Below the pieces are notes generated by a model. The model searched no databases. It had not been told where the DNA came from and saw only the letters and a list, made by a program, of their open reading frames with translations. A stretch of DNA of 62,975 nt, filler included, from Squatina squatina (Eukaryota): assembly GCA_031763465.1 (NCBI GenBank). It is 3 parts of 3 records of this genome, joined end to end, with 100 filler letters (N's around TTAATTAATTAA, not from the genome) between each part and the next. Parts side by side here need not be neighbours in the genome. Positions count along the whole stretch, not along the records: positions 1 to 31,356 come from JARFOE010000001.1; 2 more parts are not named here. One strand, 5' to 3'. Of this stretch, positions 1-13,060 are shown in pieces (within the stretch, counting starts at the first letter, position 1; each line of letters opens with the position of its first letter). Made by a program: the position numbers and the translations under genes.

Positions 1-62
1 CTGTTTCTCTCTCCACAGATGCTGCCTGACCTGCTGAATATTTCCAGCATTCTCTGTTATTA
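1..62 (+). repeat. Penelope-associated terminal repeat fragment (chondrichthyan 'ctccacagatgctgcctgacctgctga' repeat)
   Basis: The same motif recurs at ~38902-38930, 42620-42720 (minus), 43058-43128 and 61925-62015. At 42620-43128 it flanks Penelope GIY-YIG coding remnants. Confidence 0.7.
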
Positions 63-572
63 TTTAATGTTGGTATCCTCCACTTAGTTCATTTTAATTT
101 TATCCCTTAGGTCTGATTAATTAAACTCTAAATGTGATTATATAATAAATTAAATACATGAGTAAACCTTCATATAATTTTTCCACTGTTTGTTCAATCA
201 GGTATAATACAGTATAAAGTATAAATGGACTTCAAAAAATTAAGCCAAATTTCTATAAATATTTTTGTTCCCATGAATTTTCCATTCTAAACAAATTGTA
301 CAGCATTTGCTGCAAGATATTACTTATTGTTTATAATCTGTTAAAATTTTATTTAACTTTTTCCCTCCTGACTACTCTTTGAGAAATGTTACTTGATATC
401 TGGCTTCAACAAACCTGCCCTACATTAAACACATGCATTTTAAAAAGTGCTGTGCCAAATGGCTAGACCGTTTTGCCTTTTCTGTTTGGATGACTAGACT
501 TTCTTCAGTTTATTTGTACCAGGTATTGAGGCACGAAGCTAAATAATCAGTGTCTTATGCTTCGATGCTTAC

Positions 573-693
573 CATAGTAGGAGGAGGTGGAACAGATTTA
601 AAGCCTTCCATTTTGAAGTCACGTCCTGTTACGGACAATGATTCTACTGGTTTAAGTGTAATGGCAGCATTTTGCTCGTCAAATGCTTCCTTG
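573..693 (-). CDS. Candidate internal coding exon of an unidentified gene (KEAFDEQNAAITLKPVESLSVTGRDFKMEGFKSVPPPPTM)
   Basis: On the minus strand there is a pyrimidine-rich acceptor 'ttttgttcatgttttag', then 121 nt with a stop-free frame (starts phase 2, ends phase 0), then the consensus donor 'ATG|gtaagc'. The protein is not recognised. Confidence 0.6.
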
Positions 694-1039
694 CTAAAAC
701 ATGAACAAAATGTTACAAGAAAAGGGTGTTAGCAAAGGGTTCACTTAGCATTGTATCAACCATTAAGTTTGTTGCATGTCTACTATTATCATTGCATGGA
801 AAAGCACAACGAATTGGAGCAGAGAAGCAAGAGACCTCCAAAATTCTCACATGCCACGTATGGTTTACACATGGCAACAGAAGCCAGATGAAGCAAAACA
901 GCTGGATTGAGGTCTGTCTGTAAAAGTCAANNNNNNNNNNNNNNNNNNNNNNNNNNNNNNNNNNNNNNNNNNNNNNNNNNNNNNNNNNNNNNNNNNNNNN
1001 NNNNNNNNNNNNNNNNNNNNNNNNNNNNNNAGTACTTAA

Positions 1040-1105
1040 TTGGCTGTAAAGGGCTTCACGACATCCCAAGGTCGTGAAAGGCGCTATATAAATGCAAGTA
1101 TTTCT
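1040..1105 (+). mobile_element. 3' tail of a SacSINE1/Deu-SINE-like element (L2-type tail)
   Basis: 'ggctgtaaagggcttc...gtcgtgaaaggcgctatataaatgcaagt' matches the tails at 13840-13910 and 21425-21480. Confidence 0.65.
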
Positions 1106-2154
1106 GTTTTTCCTTTTACTTGCTTACAGTTTCTTTGGAAAAAATTGAGCTTTAGCAAGTTAACTTTTACAACTCTGTTTTCACTCTCTAAAAATATAAC
1201 TGTACTGTCCTTTTGACACAGATGCTTACCAATCAAATAACAGCTCATTTGTCAATCAACACTTGGGAAATTCATGTTTATTTTTCTAGCCAGAGTAATC
1301 CCCACTGTGCTCGTCAGTGCTCAAAAGCCCTTTTATGTTTTCCCAAACTTCATTATAAAGAAATAAAAAAGGGTTATTTTATGGCTGTAAAGTATTTCAA
1401 AATTAAACATTTTGTCTAACCAGAACAATATGCAGAGTTAAGAATTTGCATCTAAATGACAGATATTCAATGGCGTTGTAAGAAAATAAATATTACTAGG
1501 ATATGTTGAAACTGGCCAAATACCGCACAGGTAGTCAATCAAGGCTCATATAATCTTTCATAAGCAGAAACTAGAGAATATTTCCCATTTATCAAAGGCT
1601 ATACCATTAGTTGAGGTTCTNNNNNNNNNNNNNNNNNNNNNNNNNNNNNNNNNNNNNNNNNNNNNNNNNNNNNNNNNNNNNNNNNNNNNNNNNNNNNNNN
1701 NNNNNNNNNNNNNNNNNNNNATATGACATTTATTTACTGTTGATTTATTTTTTAATAATGAAAAGAAGGAGGCTGGCATAAGATCTTGGATCCTTACGAT
1801 CAAAATGTCACATTTGCTCTTTTGTACGAAGAGATTGGCACCAAAACGAACCACTGGGTCTCTGAATGTGGAAAAAATTATTATTGAAATTAGTGGATCT
1901 CCCGTGGTATTACTCATGGACAACAATTTAAATAAATCATTTTTGGAACACTTTACAGTACAGTATATTTTGTGTATGAGAAGACAGAAAGTTGTACCTC
2001 AGCCACGGCGCATAAGCAAATAAATCTGTATTCCTAATACAGTCCATTTATAGAAATAATTCAATTTGTTATCAGCAGCCCAACTTAAAATTTTAACTTG
2101 CACTCTATAACCTGCTGATACAAACACTGAATGCTTTGGCTGGTGCTACTAGCG

Positions 2155-2272
2155 CATCACGAGATATGGAGCAAAGGTGGGTAAATGGAGTTGATGTCTC
2201 GATCAGCCATGATCTAATTGAATGGTGGAGCATGCTCAAGAGCCATAATGGCCTACCCCTGTTCCCATATTC
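2155..2272 (+). mobile_element. CR1/HER1-type LINE 3' end remnant
   Basis: 'gatcagccatgatctaattgaatggtggagca...tggcctacccctgttccca' matches 19605-19730 and the reverse complement of 8625-8700. Confidence 0.7.
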
Positions 2273-4839
2273 CAATAACTCTGATTATAACCAAACTCAC
2301 CCAATGAAAATCAGGCAGGTTTGAGGTAAACTCAATGGAGCATATAAATGGGTATCAGACCCAAACCCACCCTGTTACTGTTGGGCAAGTTAGGTTAAAC
2401 TTGGGTTCATGTTCCTGAGTACTGTGAAAGATAATGGGCACCCAATTGGTTTTCCAGCAGAGGCGCAGAATGAACGCTAAACGGGGGCTAGGGGTNNNNN
2501 NNNNNNNNNNNNNNNNNNNNNNNNNNNNNNNNNNNNNNNNNNNNNNNNNNNNNNNNNNNNNNNNNNNNNNNNNNNNNNNNNNNNNNNNNNNNNNNCAAGG
2601 TTTTCGACAGGCGGTGACATTGACAGCTGGGGCAGGAGCTGGAGCTGTCGATTACCTGTCGGGAGCCAGATGCGCCAGCGCTGTTTACAGGTGCCATGTT
2701 TGAAGATCATTTGTGTTGGCCAGCTGAAGTTTGTCCAAGTTTTGATGACTGACTGTTGTCTTTATTTGAAGAGGACTGCTGGTTTGTGCTTAGGGCCCGA
2801 TGTTATGTGGCGAGAACTGTCTGAGGCTGCAGTACTTTTGGTGTCACTTTCAGGCAGGAGGAGAACTTGGCATTTATATTGGCATGCTTTGAGCTGTCAG
2901 CTGGTTAGCACATTTGAAAGCACTTTCAAGACAATGAAATTCCTTTCATCACTAACTGGTAAAAACACTTTAAACTGGCATTTTTTCTGGCTTAGCTTTC
3001 ATAAGTTACATAAAAATTAATTGCCTGTCCATTGCAACTATCTCCTTTCACATTAAATTAGTTAAATGTAACAACAGTCCAGGGCAGAATTTCATATGTT
3101 TTGAATGTTGCAAAAAAGACATGAAGACAAAGATGTCAAAGAGGGAACATGTTTTGTGACAAGATGAATGAAATGAAAATGATTTATTATAAGGAAAGAC
3201 TGAGAAAATTTGGCTGGCAAATGGTGGCATTTGGCATATTACATTGCAGTTCCCAATTTCTATAAAAATTACACTTTATTAAAATTACATTACATAATTC
3301 ATTTCTTCAGCTCTGTGCCAATTGTCATATGAGATGAGTATTCAATCACACTGTAAAATGTACATAGTGCTTCCTAACTGTGGAAAACAATGTTAAGTAA
3401 TTTTGTGTTCAGCAGTTATTTTATAAATCCTTTTGACTAGAACAATATATGTGAATGTTATTTCTTAGCTGCTTGAAACTACTAATTTAATTGTTTGGCC
3501 TCCTTCTTAGAAATTGTTAATTTGAAGTCAATATTTGTAATAACTAATAATGATCCAATATGCACTATAGGGATGTTACATATTTTCAACTTTTATGCTA
3601 GATATTCTCTCAGCTTCAGTGTGTGGAAGGGCTGTANNNNNNNNNNNNNNNNNNNNNNNGTTGCATTCTACTAAATCAGAGTTAACAGTAACAATATAGT
3701 AAATGGATAGATTATAGAAAATAGTCTGCTGCTGAATGTTTCACTTGGTTAAATACTAAGTTGACAAGCAAGTGTAAGATTAATTAACTGATCAAATCCA
3801 GACATGGCAACATTCAACAGAATATCATAGTCAGTTCTGAATGAATGGGTATCTGTAAAACTTTGAAGTAGTGTTAGAGGATGGTTTTTATTTGTAATTA
3901 GATCTATTACTCAAAATCAATGAGGTTCTTGAAACATTAAGGTCAAGCGTTCAATGTTTTATTAAGGATACAGTACATGCAATAGTACTTAGGTATGCAC
4001 TTAAAATATAGCACTTACAATGGCACCTGAGGATTGGGGTCTCAAACACATTACAAGGCTGAGCTCAGTATTCAGATTAATTGAACCCTTAGAATCCAAA
4101 TACTCAATATAGTTGTTACTTTTATACTTTTCTTTTACCCCCACTATGACAAATTCACCCATTTCTANNNNNNNNNNATTGCATAGTTACATCAAAAGGT
4201 AATAACAACTCCATATGAGGAGAAATTAATTTGACCTATACTTTATCAATACCTTCAGTTACTAAACTAATTTCCTTATTAAAAAGCTATTTTTCCATTG
4301 GGCTAATGAAATCAGTATAACTCCCTATTCCGTTACCTTATCAAAAACTTCTCTCTTGTCATGATTTCTATTCCACCAAGTAAAACTTTTAATTCTAAAT
4401 CTGACTTTGATTCTGTACCATTCAGGATGGGTTGATTTGCCCATTCTACAGAAATTTTAATTAAAAGATAGTTTTACCAAGATGTTTTCCTTTTGCAGGG
4501 CTAACTGTTGTCCTTGCACCCATATCAGTGATTACAATCTTCTGGAAAATTGGGAACCAGTATGCAGTGGACTGTCTCCAATTAACTTCCATTAAGCTCA
4601 GACTGGAGAAGGGTTGGAAGTGGTGTATCTCAGAGGTCTGTACTGGGCAGGACCTGGTTCTGCTGGGATTCTGCAGCTATTTTTAGGTTGGATTGACCTT
4701 CTGAGAATTCCTCATGTTTNNNNNNNNNNNNNNNNNNNNNNNNNNNNNNNNNNNNNNNNNNNNNNNNNNNNNNNNNNNNNNNNNNNNNNNNNNNNNNNNN
4801 NNNNNNNNNNNNNNNNNNNGTGCGAATAAAACATGCCGG

Positions 4840-5790
4840 TTTAAAAGTCTAGTTTTAGCATGCAATTTTGGTCCTAATTGCTGATTACCATAATTTGAAC
4901 TTGCCTGGAGGTGCTAAATCAGACACCTGTAGGTTTAACACTCAAGTGCTGATTTGATGCAATTTTTGTGGGCTCCATGCACCTACTTCCTCTGAAGGTG
5001 TGGAGTGGGCTGGCTGACACACAGTGGCAAGTTTCAGGATGGTTCAGGGACCGAGTGAGAGGGTGCACAGGTTTTCGGACATGGCACTAGAGGTCCTGGT
5101 GGAGAAGGTCTGGAGAAGGAGGGATGTCCTGCACCCGCAGGGGGAAGCATTCCACATCGCCCTCCTGTCTCTTCTTCCTGCAGCAGCTGGTGTTGCTTTG
5201 CCTGGCCTCATCTCCTCCGCCTGTTCCTCTTGCAGACCAAGGGGGACCCCTAGCAAGATGCCAGTGACCAAGCACTCCCTTTCTCCTGGTGACTCCTATA
5301 AGGTGTCCAATACGGTAGAGTAGCAGGGCACTCAGTCTTTTTAAGTGAAGTCCTCAGAGAATTTCCAGAATAAATATTGATAGAATATTAGTGCGGTCTT
5401 GAAAAAGTGTCCCAGAAAGTCTTCCGATCCGTTTCAAAAGTCCTCTTCAAACCTCCAGCTGCAAAAGGAAAGTAAAAGGTAATCTACCTTTTAAGTAGTG
5501 CTTGAAATTCTCAGCATTGAATGGTTGTTGTTTGGAGAGGTCGTTAAATGAAGCGTTACCCACCAAAATGGAGTGAAGCTTCTTTAATGAGCGCTAGCAG
5601 GCAATTTAATTCTCAATCAACCCCCTTAACGATCCTCTGGGCAGCTGTTACGAGTGCTAGCTTCAACTCCTTTACAAAGATGATGCCCTGCACTAAACAC
5701 GAGCTAAACCGGCATTGCAGCTTAAGACCCCATCTTGGCCGCATTAGAGAATCTTTAGTGCCTAAAATATTCGGCAAAAACCACCCCCAA
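4840..5790. mobile_element. Internally deleted PIF/Harbinger DNA transposon
   Basis: The + strand at 5040-5145 encodes ERVHRFSDMALEVLVEKVWRRRDVLHP, the start of a Myb/SANT-like Harbinger DNA-binding protein. The - strand at 5150-5270 resembles the basic N-terminus of the HARBI1-type transposase. Confidence 0.6.
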
Positions 5791-6194
5791 TCTGCTTCCA
5801 GCCACTCACCGTTGCTGCCCGGTGGCTGATTAGTTCAAAGGGTGCAACAGCTGCTCAGTGTGACTCACTGTCTGATTCCCTCTGCCTGCCAATGGCACAG
5901 GGCATTACCTCTGCTCAGATCCTTGTCCTGATAGCCTGGCTGTGATCAGAAACTTGCAGTGAAGGCAACTGCAGGCAAATGCCAGTAGCATTGATGCTCA
6001 ACATTTGTTTAACCAACACAAATTTCTTGTTCAATATTATCCTGACCAAAAAGTGAGCAATATAAATAACTGCACAACAAACAAGAATCTGTGGNNNNNN
6101 NNNNNNNNNNNNNNNNNNNNNNNNNNNNNNNNNNNNNNNNNNNNNNNNNNNNNNNNNNNNNNNNNNNNNNNNNNNNNNNNNNNNNNNNNNNNNN

Positions 6195-6970
6195 GGCCCA
6201 GTGCCACCTTCAGCCGCACGTTGGACGTCTGCCCAGGCCAGGTGACGCGCCAGCTCCTAGGGAGACATCCAGCCCGCTCCTCCGCCATTGAGGAAGTCCC
6301 TGACTCTGGTCACCTTGGCAGCCACAGCCCTACCCACTGCCGGCCATGCGGTCGTGGACATGCGGATTCCTGAGCAGCGGCTCCCGAAGGACGACCGCCG
6401 CTCCCGACGGGGGAGAACTGCGCCTGCAGGTGACCGTATTACGAACCCTCAGCAGTTCCTGGAAAACGACAGCAGCTCCTGCAAGCAAGTCCAGCTGCTC
6501 AGGGTGATACAGGAGCTGCGTGTCATAGTTGAGGCAGTGCAGCTGGCAGAAGAAATACATCGCCAGCACACACCATCAGGGAGGAGGCTCGACGTACAGG
6601 TATCTCTGCAGGGTCTGAAGGCGGAATGTTGCGACCTGGGTACACACGCACACCAGCGACTGACCGCCCTCCCTAAGCGGGAGACTCAGAACCGCGGCAC
6701 AGATCCAATGCTTCCTTTTGTCCCAGAAGAGGTCGACGAGCATCTTCTGTGTCTTAGCGACAAACTCCGGGAGAGGGACCAGCCGGTACCACAACATGGA
6801 GACCATCAGCTGGTTTATGACCAAAACTCGACCCTGTAGGAGAGCACGCTGAGCAGTCCTGTCCAGCGGCAACTTTGGCCTCCAGCTCTTGCCAGTTTGC
6901 CGGCCAGGTTTCCTCAGCAGGGCTGACATGGACTCCCAGGTAAAGGAGATTGGTTCACCCACCTGGAACA
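6195..6970 (-). mobile_element. Tx1-clade (L1 superfamily) non-LTR retrotransposon ORF2 fragment, frameshifted
   Basis: The translation GRVLVINQLMVSMLWYRLVPLPEFVAKTQKMLVDLFWDKRKHWICAAVLSLPLREGGQSLVCVCTQVATFRLQTLQRYLY is typical of Tx1/L1 ORF2 downstream of the RT domain. The segment is GC-rich relative to its flanks. Confidence 0.85.
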
Positions 6971-7149
6971 TTTCTCCAATTGATCCTGGCGGAGGATGCG
7001 GCCAAATAAATCATCTGGCACTCGCGCATCCTCCTCAGGTCAACGGGATCGGCGTAAGCTGAGAGGACCACCCCCACGCCCGGCCCTTACAGTGCCAGTC
7101 CCATCACCCTCTTCTGCAAGAGGGGCAGGAAAGGTAGTGCCCTTATTCA

Positions 7150-8480
7150 AGTACTCTGGGATGCAGACTATCAGGCCCTGGGGATTTATCGTCCTTCAAC
7201 CCCATTAATTTCCCTACTAATACTGATTTCCTTCAGTTCCTCCCTCACTAGACCCTAGATTCACTAACATTCCTGGCAGGTTATTTGTGTCCTCGTTGGT
7301 GAAGACAGAACCAAAGTATTTGTTCATGGGTCTGCCATTTCTTTATTCCACATTATAAATTCCCCGGTTTGACTGTAAGGGACCTACATTTGTCTTCATT
7401 AATCTTTTTCACTTCACATTCCTGTAGAAGCGTTTACAGTCAGTTTTTATGTTTCCTGCAAGCTTACTCATACTCTGTTTTCCCCCTCTTAATTAATCCC
7501 TTTGTCCTCCTTTGCTGCGTTCTAAATTGTTCCCAGACCTCAGGTTTGCTGCTTTTTCTGGCCAATTTTTTATGTCTCCCCTTGGATCTAATGCTATCCC
7601 TAATTTCCTTTGTTAGCCACAGTAGAGCCACCCTTCCTGTTTCATTTTTTGCCAGACAGGAATGAACAATTGTTGTAGTTCATCCACACACTCCTTAAAT
7701 GTTTTCCATTGCCTATCCACCGTCAACCCCTTCAGTAATGTTCCCAATCTATCTTGGATAACTCTCGCGTCATACCATCATAGTTTCCTTTATTTAGATT
7801 CAGGACCAGAGTCTCAAAATCAACTGTGTCACTCTCCATCTTAAATGAAGAATTCTACCATATTATGGTCACTCCTCCCCAAGGGGCCTCACAACAAGAT
7901 TGCTAATTAAGCCTCTCTCATTACACAATACCCAGACTAGGATGGCCTGCTCTCCCGTTGGTTCCTCGACGTATTGGTCCAGAAAACCACCCTGTATACA
8001 CTCCAGGAATTCCTCCTCCACAGTATTGTTACTAATTTGGTTAGCCCAGCCTGTGTAGATTAAAGTCACCATGATTACAGCTGTACCGTTCTTGCACGTG
8101 TCTAATTTCCTGTTTAATGCCATCACCACTACTGTTTGGGGGTCTGTATACAACTCCCACTAACATTTTCTGCCCCTTGGGATTTCTTAGCTCGACCCAT
8201 ACAGATTCCACATCATCTGAGCTAATATCCTTCCTCACTCTTGCACTAATCTCCTCTTTGACCAGAAGTATTACCCCACCTCCTTTTACTTTTTGCCCAT
8301 CCACCCTAAATATTGAACTCTCCTGATGTTCAGTTCCCAGCCTTGGTCACCCTGCAGCCATGCCTCCATGATTCTAAATTATATCATACCCGTTCACATC
8401 TATTTGCGTGATCAATTCATCCACCTTATTGGGAATGCTCCACGCATTAAGAAACAAAGCCGATAGGCTTGTCTTTTTAA
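7150..8480 (-). mobile_element. CR1/HER1-type LINE, APE endonuclease region, degenerate
   Basis: ORF fragments KGGGVILLVKEEISARVRKDISSDDVESVWVELRNPKGQKMLVGVVYRPPNS and EEFLECIQGGFLDQYVEEPTGEQAILVWVLCNE carry hallmark CR1 endonuclease motifs. Confidence 0.9.
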
Positions 8481-8621
8481 TGTTAAACCCCCTTAGCGTT
8501 ATTTTGTACTGTGGCCCCGATTGCTATTCACCCTTGATTTCTCTGCCTTCCACTTTTGCTTTTCCCCTTCCTGTCTTATGTTACTATCCTTGTTTCCCCT
8601 TGCTGTCTCCCTGCATAGATT

Positions 8622-9186
8622 CCATGAGACCATAAGTAGGAGCAGGAGTAGGCCATTCGGCCTGTCAAACTCACTCCGCCATTCAATTGGATCATGGCTG
8701 CTCAGACATTTCTGAAGTCCACCTTCACGCCTTCTCCCCATAAGCCTTGATTCCCTTACTGATTAGAAATCTATCTCGGACTTAATTATGCACAAATTCT
8801 CAGACTCCACAGCCCTGTGGCAAGGAGCTCCAAAGACACAACCCTCTGGGAGAAAAGAAATTCCTCCTTGCCTCCGTCTTAAATGGCACCCCCTTATTCT
8901 GAGACACTCCTCTGATCCAAGACTCACCCATGAGGAAAGAGCCTCTCAGCATTTACCCTGTCCAGCCACCGAAGACTATTATGTTTAAAAGATGTCCTCA
9001 TTCTACTAAATTCCAATGAATAGAGTCCCAACCTGTTCAACCTTCCCTCATAGGACAATCCTGCCATACCCAGAATCATCCAAATAAACCTTCTGAAGCA
9101 CCTCCAGTTAATTTATATCCTTCCTTCAATACAGGGACCAAAACTGCTCACAGGACTCCAGATGTGGTCTCACCAGTGCCTTGTAT
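8622..9186 (-). mobile_element. CR1/HER1-type LINE 3' end (separate copy)
   Basis: 'cataagtaggagcaggagtaggccattcggcc' is the reverse complement of the CR1 3' terminus. It is followed by RT C-terminal remnants ('gtggtctcaccagtgccttgtat'). Confidence 0.85.
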
Positions 9187-9286
9187 NNNNNNNNNNNNNN
9201 NNNNNNNNNNNNNNNNNNNNNNNNNNNNNNNNNNNNNNNNNNNNNNNNNNNNNNNNNNNNNNNNNNNNNNNNNNNNNNNNNNNNNN

Positions 9287-10031
9287 TGCGATGACCTGGA
9301 TGACTTCCTGAAGCACAATTGCTCAGTCATGTTCAGGAAGCTCATCCTCTGCCTTTATATCCTGTGTTGGGGGTATCGCCTCCGACGCAGTGCAGCCCTG
9401 CCCTGTGGAGCATCAGGTCAGTGAGGAGAAGGCTGCTGGTGTTGTTGGTGCTGGGACTCATCTTGGTCCAAATCTGAGGTCCAGCAGCATAAGCGGTACC
9501 CATGCTGATTTGATAGATGCCAAGTAAAGTGGCAATCAGAGGCACAATCCTCCAACGTAGTGACAATGTCTTCCGAGGTTGCAGAAATCACCTGCAAACT
9601 TCTGAAAGCAAAATCTCCGCACAAAATGGTATCAGCAAGAGCTTTTCCCTTAGCCAAGGAAGCAGGTGCAAGGTGTGAGTATTTATATGCTTTTTCTAGC
9701 TGTCACTAATGAAGTAGTACAATGGCCACTGAGCTCCCGCCTCCCCTTCACAGGCGAACTTTCCGAGGTCCGTGAATCTAATGCACAACCAGGTAAAGTT
9801 GAATCCTCACGTTAAAAAGACTGTTAAGGGTCTCTTAACAAGCACTTAACTACCTCAATGAGGTCGCCCACCTCTCCTGAGCGGGTCCGTGGCACTTTTT
9901 GAAATGCGCCCCAGTTAAGTGCGGAAGTTGGTGGGATGACGGTGGTTTCCCAACACGCTGTCAATTTCAGCTCTTTCAACCACCAACCAACACCCAAACC
10001 TGCACGCTCTGCACGGTGAAAATTCTGGGCC
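9287..10031 (-). mobile_element. PIF/Harbinger transposon remnant with HARBI1-like transposase N-terminus
   Basis: The minus strand reads RAALRRRRYPQHRI..RQRMSFLNMTEQLCFRK. A TIR-like end 'gcccagaattttcac' lies at ~10016-10030. Confidence 0.75.
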
Positions 10032-10768
10032 ATGCATGATTAGTTTTTAAAAACAAAAGTGCCCTCCAGATGGATGAAAGTTAAATAGGAGAAATGTTCC
10101 ACTTGTGCGCTGGCATTGAGCCTTGCTCCAGGAAATCATGCATGTGCTGCCCATGATTTTCTGTCCATTAAAAACAATGAATGGAAATTTGTGGGCGGTG
10201 AGTGATTTCCTGATACGCACTCAACGAATAAATAAAACACTGCGCTCCTTTTAAACTGCACCTGTAGTAGCATAGTTATATTCTGTCATCTTTTTCCTAC
10301 AGATAAACAAATACACAGACCACTGTGGCTTAAGATGAAAGCTGAATTCTTGCCTTATTAGTAGTATCCTGATAAGATTAATTGGAATCAGGAGTATGTC
10401 TGGAATGAGGTTTCTCATCAATTATAGTGACAGTGGAGGGAGCTGCACTTTGTATAAGTGATGTGTTCTGTGTGTACTGTGAGTACAGGCAAACAGTGGA
10501 TTCAATTTTAGGTTCCTCAAAGAGGTTCCACAAAACTGCTCTGCCAAAAGAATAGCAAATAGGCTAACATTCTTAAACCTATTTAAACTATTGCCTCTGC
10601 ATAAAATGACATGAGTCAAACTTAAGATCTATGCTTAAGTAAAACTTACCCTTCATAGTAAATGATTGNNNNNNNNNNNNNNNNNNNNNNNNNNNNNNNN
10701 NNNNNNNNNNNNNNNNNNNNNNNNNNNNNNNNNNNNNNNNNNNNNNNNNNNNNNNNNNNNNNNNNNNN

Positions 10769-11200
10769 CTGGGGTAGATTTTCACTGGCACCACTGGGTG
10801 AAAACAGGGTGGTCGTGCCCCTAAAATGGCGGAGGGAGGGGGAGGGGGAGAGTGGAAAGCTGACCACCGTGTTCCTGCTCCCAATAATGCCGACATCAAC
10901 TTGGGTAGGGCTCACTGCTGGATGACCGAAGTGACCGTCTGAGTCAGGAGGTAGGTCTATTTAATCTGTAAATGGCGATCCTGTGATATACATAGGAGCC
11001 CGATCGCCATTTTAAGACTGTACTGGGCATGCGCCGTGCACGCGCCACATGGTAATGGATGGCAGTCCAGCCAGAGAGGAGACCAACCGGTGCGTTTTAA
11101 CTAATTTTTATGGGGCCGTGAGGAGAAGGATTGCTCCTCCAGGCTCCACAAAAACAGGCCGCCTTCCCAGCAGTTCCCCCAACCCCACAACTAGCTTCCA
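10769..11200. mobile_element. Non-autonomous Harbinger-like element fragment
   Basis: It begins 'ggggtagattttcac', similar to other TIR-like ends in the window, and has a GC/CpG-rich body. Confidence 0.4.
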
Positions 11201-12399
11201 CTGGCCCAGAGCTGGCGGGCTGCTCCAGGGCACTTGCTCTCATTTGTGTCTTATTAAAAAATACTCCTGGACATATTTGGGCAAACACATTACCCGGCCC
11301 AACTCACTTCCGACAAATGATCCTGGAAGTGATACGTGGTGGGGAGGAGTGGGCAGAAAGGCTCTTTCATACCGTGGACAGTTCTGAATCTACTCCTTAG
11401 CCCATTCCTCTGCAGCCGTCTGGGGTTTGGGTATCCTCTTCTGGAGTGGCAGGGTGCTGCTCACAGCAGGCATCTCTGTTGTATTTTCACAGCTGCAGGA
11501 TGCGCCCTCTGACTCTGTAAATAACCCCATCCTTGTGATTTGGGACAGGATCCACTGCAGCAGGAGGCTGGGTGTCCCGCTCTGCTGCACTTCTAGTAGG
11601 GAAGCAGGAACCTTGGAATTTTGGTCTTCACGGATTTCATGCTATGAGCATGTTTTGCTAGGAGGATCGAGAAGGAGGAGAGGGAGTTGGAGAGGCGGGA
11701 GGTGGAGAAGGGGAGGGGTTTAGACAGCTGAAGTCGTGGCCATCAATGGTGGGTGGTGGAGGGGATGCACAATCTTTGCCCCAGCATTGGATCCATGCCT
11801 TTAGCTGCCTTGACCCCTGGAATTCCCTTCCTAACTACTCCGCCACCCTTTTCTCCTTTATGACTCTCCTTAAAGCCGTTTGACTTTTATTGGTAAGTAA
11901 AATCACAGGATCGAGNNNNNNNNNNATCGAGCAGGTGCAATATCTTGTGACACAGACCCTTGAGAACTACAAATTTGTTGTCAGTATCACTGACATTTTA
12001 ACAAACATCTGCTGGCATTTAGCCATCTGACCATTCCCAGAAGAAACCGAAAGTGCCCAATCTGCAGTTTATGCAATCTGTGTAACTATAAACTGGTATT
12101 CCAGCTCACAGAACAGAAGGTTATGTAATCCAACACTGAGGAACTTGACTTGTTCCAGTGCATTGCGGTTCAAGAGCTAACCAGTGATGGCCCTGTTAGA
12201 GGCAGCTAATACGGACATCAAATGATCCTTTACATTTGGTGTTCATAATGCTATTTTTCATCCAAGTATGTACTCAGCTTATTAAAAAAAGATGTATTTT
12301 TTTCCAGAATTTTAGCCAACTCCATGTATAAAGATCTGAAGAATAGTGATTTACATTTAAACAGCTATTATTTAAGAAGGATGTTTGTAGCTAACTATA

Positions 12400-13060
12400 T
12401 GCCCTAGAAATTTGATGGCCACCACACCTGGATTACAAGCGAAAACAATACAGGTCCAATGCGGCAGGCAAGAAGTGCACCGCCCACCATGTTGGATCGG
12501 GCTCCTCTATAGGCGCCCAGGGCATGCACTGGAAGTATCAAAAAGCTGCATAAAAAATATTTAAATATCGTTGCAGGATCCTTTTTTGAATTTTTGCCAC
12601 CTAGTGCCTCACTCGCCTCATGTTAAACTCACCCAGCAACCCGTGGCACTAACACGCAGGAAAAAGCCCACAGCAGCACTATTTAAAGGGCCATCCACTC
12701 CATAGTGGAGTGATGATGCTGATGTGTTCTTTTAGAATGCTTGTTAAATTCTAGCCATGTTTTTGTGTGTCTATTTTCAGTTTTACTGCAGTCATGGGGT
12801 CTGATAGGTCTGTGAGGCTGGAGGACAACAGGGCACAGCAAGGAAGACTGGAGAGAGNNNNNNNNNNNNNNNNNNNNNNNNNNNNNNNNNNNNNNNNNNN
12901 NNNNNNNNNNNNNNNNNNNNNNNNNNNNNNNNNNNNNNNNNNNNNNNNNNNNNNNNNTGTCTGTCTGCCCCTTTAATTCTGCAGTGTCCATCTTGTAAAC
13001 TTTAAACCACCATTTTAGTGTCCATACTGTTCTGTGGGCAAAATGAGAATTCTAGCCCGA
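12400..13060. mobile_element. Harbinger-like element remnant(s), split by a gap
   Basis: TIR-like ends 'gccctagaaattt' (12401) and 'gaattctagccc' (~13047-13058). The internal 'tatttaaaggg' motif is shared with 57045, 57826 and 58780. Confidence 0.4.

Noticed and set aside
6288-6839. 183-aa + strand ORF with a signal-peptide-like start
   Set aside because: It is the antisense shadow of the GC-rich Tx1 ORF2 on the minus strand.
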